Below, piece after piece: positions 1 to 13,110 of a stretch of DNA of 64,000 nt. Source of the DNA: Trichosphaerium sp. ATCC 40318 (Eukaryota > Protista > Tubulinea); NCBI GenBank assembly GCA_038496445.1, contig JALMLS010000071.1, forward strand, positions 1-64,000. The letters run 5' to 3'. The translations under genes were made by a program, and so were the position numbers. Position 1 is the stretch's first letter; each line of letters starts with the position of its first letter. The notes beneath the pieces were generated by a model that saw nothing but the letters and a program-made list of their open reading frames with translations, was not told the origin of the DNA and did no database searches.

Positions 1-29
1 TTAAATTATATACAAACAATACTAGCACC

Positions 30-783
30 ATGGGTAAAATCACAGCGTAAGTTCGGAGTTTTGTTTGACTTTTTTTTTTTTCGTCAAAAAGAGCTAGAAA
101 GGTGCTCTAATATATTTTTGGAGTGTATCATGGCGTAAGACACAAAAACGAAAATGAATAATTATTTTTTAGAACAAAGGAGTTTAACAGGTCAGCCGAT
201 GAGGTATGGAAAGTATTAGGAGATTTCCCAAACATCCAAGCATTTCATCCAAATGTAAAAGAATCTCTTTCAGTAAGTGACAGTACAGAAGGTGAGCGAA
301 AATGACCAAAAAAAAAGAGCTTACACATGTATTTCTAACACATACAAAAAGGTATTGGTGCAACTCGTTCTTGTGAGTTTTATGATGGTGGTAAGATAAT
401 TGAAAGAGTGATTGAATGGAGCAACGAGGAACAGTATTATATTATTGAACTTGTTGAAGGAACAGCACCAATACGTAAAATGATAGCAAGATGTGGAGTT
501 GTATCGTAAGTAAAAACAGTCCACTTTATTTGTTTGTCACGTGATTCTTCTGACCTGTGTTTTTAGTACTGGAAAGAATACATGCCAAGTATCAATGTCG
601 AGTGATTATAAACCAAAGTATGGTGTTGTAGGTAAAGTTATGGATAAGATGATTATTAAGAATTTGTTTGAATCTCTTGGAAAAGACTTTATGATTGCAC
701 TTGAATATCATCTAAAAACTGGAAAAGAGGTTCAGAAGAATACAGTAAAACATATCAAGTCTGGTAAGCTTACCGACTATTGA
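30..783 (+). CDS. SRPBCC / polyketide cyclase-dehydrase family protein, 4 exons
   Basis: Spliced reading: MGKITARTKEFNRSADEVWKVLGDFPNIQAFHPNV...GIGATRSCEFYDGGKIIERVIEW...DYKPKYGVVGKVMDKMII. GT-AG introns near 47, 292 and 506. Confidence 0.8.
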
Positions 784-1241
784 TGAGTAAGTACATCAAA
801 CGTGTATTCCTTGTACAATAAAGTAAACCCTTGCTTGGCATTCCACTTTCACGTACATTCCCAATACATACCGTGGTTTTCTGTACAATGAAGTACCTTA
901 TTTTCCCTGCTTGTGTTCACAGGCTATCGCAACCTAAGTGTACCATTAGTGAGCGTCTACGGAACAATATCAGGCCAGATTATAACTAGATGGCAACTAT
1001 CCCTTAGAAATGGCAGTAATTAATATGGCGACAAAGGTTGTTGTGGTTGACCAATCAAGAGCCAAATGTTACAATCTTAACGCTAGATGACAGGCAGACA
1101 ACTACAATGGACTCACATTGCGATATTTTCAGCACAAAGCAGTTAGTACAGTGATGAGCTTAATCACGTTATTGTGTTATCACGTGTTTGACAAGTAAAG
1201 AAGGTTGATCCGAAACAGTTTTTTTTTTCTAAATTACAACT

Positions 1242-1910
1242 TTACATTACAATACAACGTTTAGGTTTACGTCTACGACTCTTATTATTTCGTGCCCTCT
1301 TTTCTAAATCATAATTCTTTGTCTCTCGTAAAATATATTCGAATACTTCAGTTACATTCGTGTCTAACTTTGCCGATGTTTCATAAAAAGCACAAGATCC
1401 AAAAAATTCAGCTAGTTCTTTGCCTTCACTCTCGGTAACCTGCCTTTCACTGAGGTCTGATTTACATCCAACTAATACAATAGGAAACGTTTCTTTTTCA
1501 TCCAAATCCTTTATTCTGCAAAGAACACAAGTATGTCAGTAACAGAATGTTAACGCAAGTCAAGTTCCGACCAAAACTCCAAAATTTCCATTTTTTTCGA
1601 ACTAAAAAACGCACCGCCTAATTTCATCCATTTTTGCCCCAAGAGCTTCAAAACTTGCCCTGTCTGTTATAGAATACACGAAAATTACTGACGAAGCTAC
1701 TCGATGCTCTCTACCTGCAGTTCCGTTGTAACCATAACTTCCATCCAAAATATCGGCTAATATAACTTCTCCGTCTATCTCCAGTTGCTTGCGGTACGAA
1801 TCATCGATTGTTGGGTCAGAATCTGGTACAAACCTGCCCTGAATGAAACGCAGCGTTAGAGCGGTCTTTCCAGCACCTAATTCACCCACTACAACAACTT
1901 TAGCTTCCAT
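1242..1910 (-). CDS. Ras-family small GTPase with CaaX box, 2 exons (intron 1516-1614)
   Basis: KVVVVGELGAGKT, effector loop DPTIDDSYRKQ, VLVGCKSDL, ETSAK and C-terminal CIVM. Splicing joins ...EIRR|IKDLDEKE in frame. Confidence 0.92.
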
Positions 1911-2119
1911 TGTTGTTATTTGTGTATTGTATGGGTCAGTGAAATGTAAAAATAACAAAGACTAACTTTGACTACGTTTACATTTATTGTTCTTCCTGGC
2001 AGTTCTTTTTTTTACTAGTACCAAAGTGACAGTTTGTGATGATAAATAATATTCGCTTATGAGACATTCAACGTGAAGACTGCAACACAATTTTCAAATC
2101 AAACAAACCCTACTTATTT

Positions 2120-2465
2120 GCCTTAAAAATAATACTTAGCAAGTGCAAGTGGATTAAGCTACGGCTTTATTTTGTATTAACTCAAGCTACGTATTGCTAT
2201 GATGTTTTGAAAAGTTAGAGTAAGATGTCTGTAGATCGATTATGATCTCTTCCCTACAGGTGCACACTTTTTTTTGTAAAGTGAATATATCGCTACATTT
2301 GTAACTGTTGAGTTTTCGCAAAATTAACACTTTGATGTTCACAAGTGGAGCAACCCAGTCATCTGTTGCATTTGTACATGAGATAGTGACCGTGAGCATT
2401 TCAAAGGCTTGCCATACATTGTCCTTGGATACCTTTAAAGTTCGAAAGATTAATTATGTACACCA
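2120..2465 (-). pseudogene. Decayed 3' fragment of an F-box-LRR gene; inverted paralog of about 41065-41400
   Basis: The reverse complement aligns by eye with the end and 3' flank of the 40561-41322 gene (SCTNATDDWVAPL, gatctacagacatc). It carries a TGA and small indels. Confidence 0.88.
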
Positions 2466-2859
2466 AAAAAAAGGCACTCTACTGAAAATCACGTGATTAT
2501 ATTCACTATGCGTCTACCTCTTGGATTACTTACTTATATTTGTCTACGCGCCGTGACTGACCATTCTTAAGCAAGCCTACATTGGTACTCACTAAGGGTT
2601 GACATTTGGAGTTGCACTAAATTTATCTTCCAAGTGTATACATGGCGAGGATACCAACTACTTGATGGACCGTAACAGTGAAGGAGTGCTTTATTGTATT
2701 ACGATTATTTTTTAGGAAGGGGTTCGTTGTAGTAGACGAACCAGGGACAGGCCGCATATTTGTACTGGAGATTACGATGTTTAAACACATTTGAAATGAA
2801 TCCAATTAATCTATGGCATTGATATCAACCCGCGACTAACCAGTCGGACACGCAACCTT

Positions 2860-3170
2860 GGTCTATTGTGTTAAACCAAACTTTTATGCTATCAATCAGA
2901 TTCACTGCCACTGGTACCTCCCAACCCCCAAACAATTTCATCTGTCAAAGACTGTATCCCTTCATCTGTACCGCTTGCGGCAGATAGGTGTATGTACACC
3001 AGTTAATGTCTTTATCCCATATTCACCCACTTCGCGAAGAAATTTACTAGGCCCACCTTTGATTAAAAATGAGCTGTTTGTAAAAATGGCGCTAACCGTA
3101 AAAACGTGATATTGTTTCAAATACGAATCATATTTCGAAGAAATAGTTTTGTGTAACACAACTTTCATCA
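2860..3170 (-). pseudogene. Degenerate F-box-LRR remnant
   Basis: YGIKTLTGVHT and a frameshifted TDEGIQSL match the LAGVHT LRR framework. The 5' part is missing next to the hAT end. Confidence 0.6.
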
Positions 3171-3180
3171 CTGTTCCTTG

Positions 3181-3965
3181 TAGTGGTTGAAAGTTAACGG
3201 CTCAGCTCTAAATGACTTTTCAAACAAAAACAACTCTATTTAACTGGCTAACCGGCTCCAAATTGTTACAATAAAACACGTGTTTGGAAATTTATTTGTA
3301 GTTTATGTAGTCTAAGTACTTAGCATTAACTGCAGCACAAACTTGCAGTTCTAGAGATTTTGTACTCTAGACTAGTACGTTTGCTTGTCATCACAATAGA
3401 ACCACGAGAAAATACTCTCTCAACTGTTGCGGAACTTGCTGGCATTCCTAAGTACACTCTAGGCAAAGCTGAAAGGAGAAAGTAAGAACGGTTGCCACGC
3501 CACCATGTTAATGGACACTGGTTTAAGGCAAGTGCATCCGTCTGTATTGCTTCAGTTCTTTGGCAATCTAAGAAAAAAAGAAAATAAAAGTTCTCGAAAA
3601 AAAAAAAGAATCCGAGGATCAAGAGCAGAAGCAACATGTTACTTGCCATGGTTTTGATCTTCGTAGAACCCATCTCAGTAACAAATTGTCTAAGCGCACT
3701 TGATCTTCACGCAATAGCGTAGGGTTTGCTTTGAATCCCATTGAGGTAAGCGATAGTTGTTTCAGCTGGGCTTTTGTTCCATCGTTTAAGCACAATTTAC
3801 AAACTTGTAAATGCTTGCGAAGTGTATCAGTGCTGGAGTTGCGACTGAATGGTGCTTGACAATAGGCACAAGAAACCTTATCAGGCGAGTCTATCATGGT
3901 CCATAAACAAAAACATCAGCAGTTCTTGTTCGTAGACGTTTTTTGGTTCCGCTACTTGGTTCAGC
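3181..3965 (-). mobile_element. Internally deleted hAT DNA transposon remnant (BED finger plus C-terminal dimerisation domain, one putative terminus)
   Basis: CAYCQ...SSTDTLRKHLQVC is a BED zinc finger. PLTWW...LPRVYLGMPASSATVERVFS...KRTSL is the hAT dimerisation motif. TAGTGGTTGAAAG at 3181 is a plausible TIR. The catalytic core is absent. Confidence 0.85.
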
Positions 3966-3981
3966 CGAATTGATAACCAAA

Positions 3982-4677
3982 ATGGCATTCTCCACTATCA
4001 AACTATACGAAGTATGTACTTGGACAAGACTGAACAAAATATTTCATGAGGTGATCAATGACGACTCTACAATGTTTTACTACGTACACCATTTTCTGGA
4101 TTCGAAGAGTACTGAAGAAGACCTACCAGCTCCATCAGTAGCAAAGACATATTTACACAACCGCCTTCGATTTGAACGCAAATTCAGTTGGTCTTACTTG
4201 ATATCTTTCAATATATTTGACGGATACGAGGAACAGGATATCCCTTTTGAAACGTTTAAGTTAAACAAAATATATGGAGAACCAGGGTGTTTTATTCGTA
4301 GTATTGACAACGAGCCACACGAAAGCTTCAATGTACTTGTCACACTATTCCCATCAACAGCTTCCCTTGGTACAGATTCAATACAAATTCAAGGTTGTAT
4401 TTTGTACTATACACTCTCTGTAGATATGCAAGGCAAGACAGTGATTGAGTGCAACACAGAAGAATCCAAACTGTTGATTAATGTTGAAAGGGCTCGCTTA
4501 TTAGGCAAGCTACTAGAAAATCAATCAGAGTATGAGGATTCCGAACCTTATACACCAGAAGATATGTTGTATATATTTGTTACATGGATTGATTATTTTG
4601 ATCAAACTACTCCAGATGACGAAAGAATTACAAATGACTTTGCGACCCTAAAAATCAAAACAATTGAATACATTTAA
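3982..4677 (+). CDS. Intronless hypothetical protein with a partial F-box-like N-terminus
   Basis: 231-codon ORF from aaaATG at 3982. LYEVCTWTRLNKIFHEVINDD resembles the second half of an F-box. AATAAA lies downstream. Confidence 0.55.
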   Translation: MAFSTIKLYEVCTWTRLNKIFHEVINDDSTMFYYVHHFLDSKSTEEDLPAPSVAKTYLHNRLRFERKFSWSYLISFNIFDGYEEQDIPFETFKLNKIYGEPGCFIRSIDNEPHESFNVLVTLFPSTASLGTDSIQIQGCILYYTLSVDMQGKTVIECNTEESKLLINVERARLLGKLLENQSEYEDSEPYTPEDMLYIFVTWIDYFDQTTPDDERITNDFATLKIKTIEYI

Positions 4678-5362
4678 GTTTATTATGCTTCTTCATTGTC
4701 CTATATACAGTAATATTGAAGTTGTTTGTAAGTGGACAGAATGGTATGACTGGTATAATATAATAAAGGGTGGTCCTTCAAGTTGTCTTGTTAGTAGCAA
4801 TCACAATCTTGTAAATTTTTTTCAAAAATTCCAAACAATATTCCATGCATCGTGCTACAAAGATTCCTTTGTGCTATCACCAAACCACGCTTTAGTGTTG
4901 GCTTGCATAAAAACGTAATCTTAAGTAATAAGCGAAGTAATATAAATTACATCACTCTTATTAGCGATGTGTCAAAGCGGAAGTAGGCTCTTGAATTTAT
5001 AGCATGTGATTTGACTTGAAATAAAGCTATTTATTGTAGCGTTAAGCCTACTTGTTAAACAGCCGCTCCCGATAGTAGCACGCACGTGACTTTCTGTTTG
5101 AATGCTCACGTAACGTAATCCAAGGATACACTACTGGTATAACTTGCCAAATTGTCCCAAAAAATCAGCGTTGCCTATCACAAAAATTTCAGTCAAAGCC
5201 AAAAGTCGAACTTGCACTAACACCTGGTCTGATAAACAACATTGACAAACGATTACGGCGATAAAACACGTCAGTTAATGTCATTTTGTCACCTAGACAT
5301 CCATCAATACTTATCACTAACGCACATAACTTATTAGAACCTTTTTTTTTTCAACTTGAACT

Positions 5363-7634
5363 ATGAAGACACTGCTTGGCGTCGTTTGCCTCTTTGCGGT
5401 TTTCGTTGTGTTAGCCGCGAAGCAGCCCAACTTTGTATTTATCCTAACTGATGATCAAGATATTCAGCTAGGAACAGACCCACATGCGTATTCAGAGTTT
5501 GGATCACTCGAGGTTCGTTTTATAAGCGAAAAAATTGGGCTATTATCATTTCTTTTTCTTCAAGTCACGTGTTAGTGTATAACTGTTTTTTAGGCGATGC
5601 CTGAAACAAGGAAGCTGTTAATAGACGGAGGAGCTTACTTTGAAAACTTTTTTGTCGCTACACCCATTTGTTGCCCTTCTAGAACTGAATTTATTACAGG
5701 CACGTGATTTATAGTCGCTACCAACGTTTTTAAAAACCTTCCATAAATTCGTTTATTTACACCATTTGTAGGCCGTTATTACCACAACATTGGCGCTCCT
5801 TCTGGGTCTTGTATGCATATTAACGCTGAAGATAATGTGTTCAATGTAACTGGTAGTATGTTCGGACTCCTAGAGAGCGCTGGTTATAATACAGGCAAGT
5901 ATAACACTTACAAGGTCGAGAATCAAACTAGTAATTTTCCTTGTCTTTTTCGGCTGACTGTTCTTCTTTTTTTTCTCCTCCCTTACCTTTTATTCAAGGA
6001 GTATTCGGTAAAGTTACGAATGACCAAGCTGGTTACTTTTGTGGAAAAGAAAGAGATGCTGGAATGACAACGATAAGCTCTCCTTGCGACTTCAACGACT
6101 TTTACTCAAAAAAATACTTTATGAAATACCCAAATGGTTCTAAACATATTGAAACGTTAGAGATGAAACCTGAAACATACCAAACGAGTCAACTTGGAAA
6201 CAGATCAATTGCTTGGATCAAGGAAATAGCAAACGGTACGAAAAACTGCTGTTAAGGTGTTAATAGTCGCTAACAACGTCTTCAGGTGGTAAACCTTTCT
6301 TTGCATACATTGGGCCTCACGCTCCTCATTTCCCTGCTACACCAGCACCTTGGATTCAAAACGATCCTTTCAAGAACTTGACGTTTCCAAGAACACCAAA
6401 CTGGAACGTTGAATCTCCTGATAAGCATCAACTCATTAGACAAAATCCTCCTTTTGATGATAGAGTCGCATCGTGGGAAACGCAGCACATGAAGGATAGA
6501 TGGAGCACACTAGTAACCGTAGACGAAGTGGTAGCAGCTGTGATTGACACGCTGAAAAAATTGGACGTGCTTGACGATACGTACATTTTCTACTCCAGTG
6601 ATCACGTGCGTAACCACAACCTCATTTTTCCGTTTCTTTTTCATTGAAACGTTTTGACTCCTTTGCTATTTAGGGCTACAAATTAGGCCAATGGCGTGTT
6701 GGTACAAGTAAACAAGAACCTTATGAAACTGATATTCGTATACCTTACATTGTACGTGGTCCTGGTATTAAGCCTGGTACCAAAGTTAAGCACATGAGTG
6801 GTAATGTCGACTTCACACCAACTTTGCTCGATCTTGCAGGAGTCACAAAACCAAAGTTTATGGACGGTATGATAAAGTTGTTATTTCATGATTTGATCAC
6901 GTGGTATTGGTTTTACTTTTTTGACGTTTCGTATTTATAGGAAAGAGTCTCGCTCCCTTCTTTGTTAGCGCTGATAACCCTTATTTTAAACCATTGGATC
7001 CTGCCGAGAAACAAAAGTATGCTAATGCATGGAGAAAAGAGTTCTTGATTGAATACAAATCAGTAGGAACATACTTCAATGATCACTCAAGTATCTGGGT
7101 ACTTTGCGAACCATTTCTTTTGTCTGCACGTGCCTTACTAAGAGTTAGGTGCCTGATGGAACCTACCATGGACACAACGGAAAAGGACCAAGATCACCAG
7201 CTAATGACACTAAATGCGTACTCGGTAAAGGTGTTGGTGATGGTTAGTACCTTTGAGGAAGTTTATTTACTACTTGAGATGTTAAACTTTGTTTTTCATA
7301 GGTAATTGTTGGTTTGTCGATGATGTATCTTCAAACTCTTGGCGTGCTTTGCGTGTTCTTAACGAAACATCAAATCTTGTATACATTGAATTCGATCATA
7401 CGTGGACATGGACGGAGTCTTCTATCGAGTTCAGAGAGCTATACGACATCACAGCTGATCCATATCAGGTGAACCAGTCACATGTTTTGTGATCTTAATT
7501 TTGTTAACAACTTTTTCTAGATGAAGAACTTGGTGTCTGTAACAAGTCCTAGTGTTCTTGCCGAACTGCATAAATCAGTTAGCAAGTATCAAGAATGCAG
7601 AGGAAATACTCTAACAGAGTCTAACTGCATATAA
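5363..7634 (+). CDS. Secreted/lysosomal sulfatase, N-acetylglucosamine-6-sulfatase-like, multi-exon
   Basis: Signal peptide, PNFVFILTDDQD, formylglycine motif CCPSRTEFITG, YSSDHG, PYETDIRIPYIVRGPGI, ELYDITADPYQ. Confidence 0.93.
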
Positions 7635-7859
7635 ACTTGGTCTCCAATAAATTTCATTCAAACAAACTATGCTATCAAATTTCTTTGGTTTCCTCTACGT
7701 TTTTTTTTACAATAAAATCAAGTCACATGGTGTAAGGCAGAGTCAAGTCATAGAGTACAGAGAAGGATTTAGTTGGAAACTATTTATTACGCTAGCTTAG
7801 GATTTCCTCTTGTGGCATGTATAGAGCCTTCCTTTAGGAACATTTAAATGACTACTCTT

Positions 7860-8747
7860 TCAATTCACTCCTAACTTCTTTAAATGATCTTCAACATCAC
7901 GTGTAAGCACAGAATTAGGGAGGTTGGTTCTAATATAATCTAGTATATCAGGTGGGGGGTTGTAACAGTACGGCTTATACATAATATCATGCCACAGATA
8001 CGAAAAGCACTCTTTACCTCGAACATGTTCAAAATCACCTGGATTTTCCATGAATCTATTTTCAAAAAAATCAACCGTCATGGACACGTGCTACAACATA
8101 AAATAGTGTAGCATTTTGCTCTTGTTCCCGTACTGCATGTAGTTGTATTCATCCGTAGAGATATCATTTGTAAAGTCCATACCAGTGTCATCATAGATTG
8201 GTAAATAAACATTAGGATGTTCCTTCAAGTACTCTTCTCCTCTGGCAACAACTTGCTTTGTCAAGTATTTCTGTAAACAGTACATTTTTGATAATTCTTC
8301 TACTGTTTTCTGAGCCATTATGGCATGTACTGCCTCCTGTGCTAACGTTGATGGTTAGAAGAATAATGTACAGTCTTGGTGGACCGACGAAACCATAAAA
8401 ACAGTGTTGCGGTGTTTTACGGGAAGAGAGGTACATTGTTCTGTGTGGTACGTACATTGATGCTTCCAATCCAAGGTAGCGATGAAACACCAATAAGAAT
8501 CGATCTCCCTTCGCGTGTAGGTAGCATAGCGGTATTTTTCACGAGTCTTATTGAACTCTGCATCTAGTTTGCGTTCTTCTACAATTATTGCTCTGCGCTT
8601 CATTGTGAGGCTAGCCATACGCAAAGAAACCCGTCCAAACTCTAAATAAGAGTCTTCAGAGACATGCTCGAGGATAATACACCACAACTCAGTTGGAAGG
8701 GATGGATTATCTATTTCGGTTGTATTGGATCGCTTTGCGGCTGACAT
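7860..8747 (-). CDS. F-box protein with unknown C-terminus, about 3 exons
   Basis: SLPTELWCIILEHV F-box. The three collinear ORFs can be joined by GTACG...AG introns that remove the in-frame stops at 8355 and 8091. Confidence 0.65.
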
Positions 8748-10100
8748 TTACGAGTTGTTGGTAATAGCGCTAAAAAGAAGTTTCAATTCGAAGAAAAGCG
8801 GCTCTTCTTGCTAGTTCTGGTGTCGATTTTCGTTGTTTTTGCTCTACTTCTGAAAAACCACGTGCCATTGTTAAAAGTCCATGAACAATAAAAATAAACA
8901 AGTTCAGGTTGGTTTGTTTATAATCAGTATACAGTCCTATTGAGAGTGGGTCGCCTTAAGGTAGGAAGCTTCAGACTATTTTAGGGTGTACAGGGATTAC
9001 AAGGCTTGCTTAAAATATTTGAAATCTCTAGGGTACAGCTGAAAACTCACTTCTTTTTGGTTCTCAGTAAGAGCAAACTCGCTCAAGCTATCTAATAGCG
9101 CTCTGAATGTTAATAGTATATTGTATGATATCTATGGATCGCCGTAAAAAGCAGTTTAAGCATTGTTCGTTGTGTATGCGTTTATCCACGCTGAAATAAC
9201 AGTGAAACTATTGTTTATCATGATCGTATGCTGGTTTTCGGTTTTAAAACGACACGTGAGCGAGCGTGACGGAGGAAATTACAAAAGTTGGCATGAAAAT
9301 GGCAGTGAGTTCAGGTGTGGTATGTACGTTAACAACATGAAAGAAAGAGTACACAAAGAGTGCCTACAACCGCAATACACATGTACAAACAGTTTATAAA
9401 AATGATAAGCCTGTAAATCAGTAACTTAAATCACATAGACCACTTACACAAATCATACTTATTATGACAATATGATATGGCCTTGTAGTTTTCGTATTAT
9501 TTTAATAAAATCCAACCGATATTAACCAAAACCTTGCTTTACATTGGCACTTGGTTGAGTACATACAGAAACAAACTTATTACTCTTTTGTTGATTTGAC
9601 GTTGCATATACTTGATTCAACCACACATGAATACAAGAAGTAGCTCTTTTAACATGTACAGAGCAAGTATTCAAAGTAACAACACTATTCCGAAGGTGTC
9701 TTTATTGGAGGTAATGTTTTGGTTCTACTACTTCCACTACTTGAAGTAGCAAATATTTAAACAGAACATCAACAAAGAGATCCTATAAATTAATGCGTCT
9801 GTGGCAACAACCCACAGGATTTTTGGCCAAATTGCCTTCACGTGATTCCTGGCTGTTAAGTGAATCTGTAACTTGAAGCCTTCTCGATGTAGGCGGGCAA
9901 AAATAGCATGAAATGTATCCACGACCTTGGGTTTCACATTTACATAAATCTGTAAAAATGGTTCTTAACTGAAGAAACAGTGAAGTCAACAACAATAAAC
10001 AACGTCATTAAACTCATCATTGCGTAACAAATTACTATTTTTAATCGCATTGTTCACATCAACCCTTTAGATTATATTTCTTTATTCATTTAGACTGATT

Positions 10101-10959
10101 TTAAATTGTATCGTATTTCTTTGACTTGAAATTTTGGTAACTAGAACCACATTGTCCGCATGTACCAAGCGCTTTTAGAATAACAACAGCCAGTCCCAAG
10201 TTATACAAAGAGCTTGCAGTATCTTTACAGTCCTATTTTGACAAACACATAAGAAACACTCAAAATCGAGTTGACACAAACTTTTCTTGTTGGGAAAAGG
10301 TAGGTTTGAGGGACCACTTGTAAATCCGAAAATGGTATAAATTGCGTTATTATACGTACCTTACTGTTGGCAACAATGAGAATACCATAGATGAGCCATC
10401 CAATATTAAATACTGCAACAACAATCATATAAACAATCAAAATTGTTACAGCTGTCCCTGTTTTCTCTTTACCAAACAGTATAAGCAATATCGTTATCAT
10501 TATAATAGCGATTACAATCAAAACACTTGTTAGAATACCATCAAAGATAAGCCATTTAGCGAGCCCAATCGCTACAGGAAAACATTAGTCTCCAAAACAA
10601 TAAAAGGCTAAAATTGATAAAAACAGGACTCATTAGCTAATCTGGAAAAAAACACAATGGGGTAATGACAAGCGTCATGTGGTTTTGTTATAAATTAAGC
10701 CAACGCGCTTTCAAAATGTGGTAAGCATTTTGTAGGCATCAAAATAGAGCGTACAGTATACATCCAACTGTCTTGGAACTAAAGTGCCGTTTCCAATATC
10801 TATAAACTCTATAGTGTCTGGGTTCGTGCATACGTTGTCCTGTTCTCTAAAACCAATCACCAACTCCGCTATTATCATTGAGGCAGCAATACCGACCACA
10901 AATATGCCCATTACTACTATACAGCATACTATGCCTCCAATTGCAGCTTTCTCTCCCAT
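10101..10959 (-). CDS. Multi-pass membrane protein (about 4 TM), 3 exons
   Basis: Hydrophobic segments: GIVCCIVVMGIFVVGIAASMIIAELVIG, LAKWLIFDGIL, FNIGWLIYGILIV, YNLGLAVVIL. Confidence 0.75.
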
Positions 10960-12971
10960 GTTGCTATACTTGTATTGTTGTGTCTCTTGACAACACGTGA
11001 AAATTGTGTAACCGGGGAAATATTTACAACGAATATTCGTACCACATATTTCGTAAATCTTCGAGAATTTTGTGCAAAGCTTATAAATGCTCTTATACGC
11101 ATATTCTACACTGCCAGCACTCTAGCACCAATTTCATCAAGTTTCAAAATAGGAGTTGACTAAAAGTCAATACCCAGACCATATGTCATGTAGGGATTAC
11201 CTCTGCAATGTATATTATATCTATGCGAACGAGAGAGCTTGATAAATCATGTGACAGGTAGAAATTCATGAGTTTCAGCTTTCTAGAAATTACAGCGAAT
11301 TTCGCCACACCTTCCCTATTTCGGGTTTTAGAAACCCTCTATTTGGTAGCTATTATCAAGTCCTTTGAGAGATACGAAACCATATACCTCCGTGAAATTA
11401 TAGGATGGGTAAAACCGAATAATATCGGGTTTTGTTATAAATTTGCAGTTTTGTTCGTTGTTGTGTTGGTCACGTGGTGTCTACTGGTTTTTTGTTTCTG
11501 AAAAGAGGAACATTAATGTAATCTGTTTTGTGAATATGAATTTATATATTTTCAGGATTCATTTAATCCAGGTTATCCTAATTGTTTGGGTTTCTGATTG
11601 AATAAGTTCAAAGGTAATTAAACGGCGAAATCCACGTTAAAACTTAGTATCACAGAGTGTTTGCGGATTACCTTTCCCGTTGTAGGTAATCTAAAAAAAG
11701 CGACTTGAATCCTGAAAGGAGTTTTTGTTATTTGTGGCTGAAAGTCAGATAAACGGTAGTTTGAGAGCTACCAACAAAGACAATCACCGACAATGATAAC
11801 TACATACACAGAGTCTAACACATGCTTAAAGCAACTTGATCAAACTTGGATCTAATCATAGCTGTGCCAACGACAATCTTAGTGGGTAACGGGTTCCCAA
11901 ATGTTGGGGTTTCCTATTTTAAAATGAAAGCTCGTGTTTACAATAAAAATATTCGGCTGACGAGAAGTGACTCTGTTGACTTGGCCTACAACCATTGCTA
12001 CTTTACGCAGCCTGAATACATAGAAATGGGTATTTTCGGTCTAACAACACGAAGACTTCAAGCAGTGGAAATATGGGAGTCCACAGTACGTTTACGAGTG
12101 GTGACAAGCATGAAGCACTGCTTCGTCTATCATAATGATGTGGCATGAGAATGTCAAATGAAGGAGAATAAATCAAAGACTTGCCGATACAAAAGCATAG
12201 GATAAAGGCGCACTGCACTCGGGTACCGGAACTTTTTCATGACTTCTTGAAAGTACAGCTAGGTTCACTTGTTTGATTAGAGTTGGAGGTACAGTTTTTG
12301 GAACAAAGCTCCAGAATAGAACATCACTTATAAATAAGTGACGACATGCTCGCCACTTCCGAAACCTCCAGTCGATATTCGAACAGGATCTACACTAGTT
12401 GTGAGCCAATTGATACATGTTTGTTGCCCGTATTGTTGTTATGGAGACATTTTGTTAATGTACAACCTATGGAGTACCATATCGCTCTTGCATTTGATAC
12501 CTTCATTAGCTTCGTTTGTTGTTAAAACTCGTGCATTACTTGTAATAAAAGTGTAGCGCACTTGTTTGTATTGTATAGCAGCTCAACTCTAAATTCAATA
12601 GGCGCTGCTCCATGTTTTAGGCGAAATACCTCGACTTGCCAAAAGCAAAGGCTTTTGTTGTAAAGTTCTTGCTGCTTACAGTAACCTTGATGCTCTTCTA
12701 TCAAGTATTAAGCACAAGATGCCGAATGGAAAGCTAAAGAAAAAAGAGGTGACCACAATACCAAGCACAGCGGCAACTTGCACAAGCGCAACAACCTAAA
12801 GACGCAGAAGAGGGTCAACATGCACTAATGGAAATGATTGATCGTATTAGAAAGGAAGAGCAAGAAAAAACCAGACTTCGTAGACTTCAAAGGTACATCC
12901 AAAACAGTTTCTTACTTTATTCTTACTCCGAATAGGCTAAAGAAGCAAAAGACAAACCAAAGGTAAGGAGC

Positions 12972-13110
12972 TATGGAATCAAGGCATTGGCTGGTGTATA
13001 TGATATCAATGTACTAATGAAGGTTTAAATGCATTAAAAGGTGCTTGTATTGTTAGATGCTAAGCAAATATGGTTTCAGGCTTTCGATAAGTTGAAGGAG
13101 TTCCACTATC
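12972..13110 (+). pseudogene. Short LRR cassette remnant
   Basis: YGIKALAGVYDIN followed by a frameshifted TNEGLNALKG matches the TDEG(I/L)KALAGVH framework. Confidence 0.6.

Noticed and set aside
1026-1091. MATKVVVV resembling a second Ras N-terminus
   Set aside because: No P-loop follows and the frame closes after about 20 codons.
7860-8747. Three same-frame ORFs separated by TAA and TAG, suggesting stop-codon readthrough or an alternative genetic code
   Set aside because: Plausible GT-AG introns remove both stops, and other genes here terminate normally at TAA, TAG and TGA.
9737-9937. IFARLHREGFKL...VVATDA resembling a retrotransposon RT/RNase H fragment
   Set aside because: Too short, with no YxDD motif or LTRs.
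11700-12700. Coding-like sequence with several short ORFs (also 16.9-17.4 kb, 36.9-37.4 kb, 61.4-62.0 kb)
   Set aside because: Stops in all frames and no recognisable family; possibly decayed genes but not assignable.
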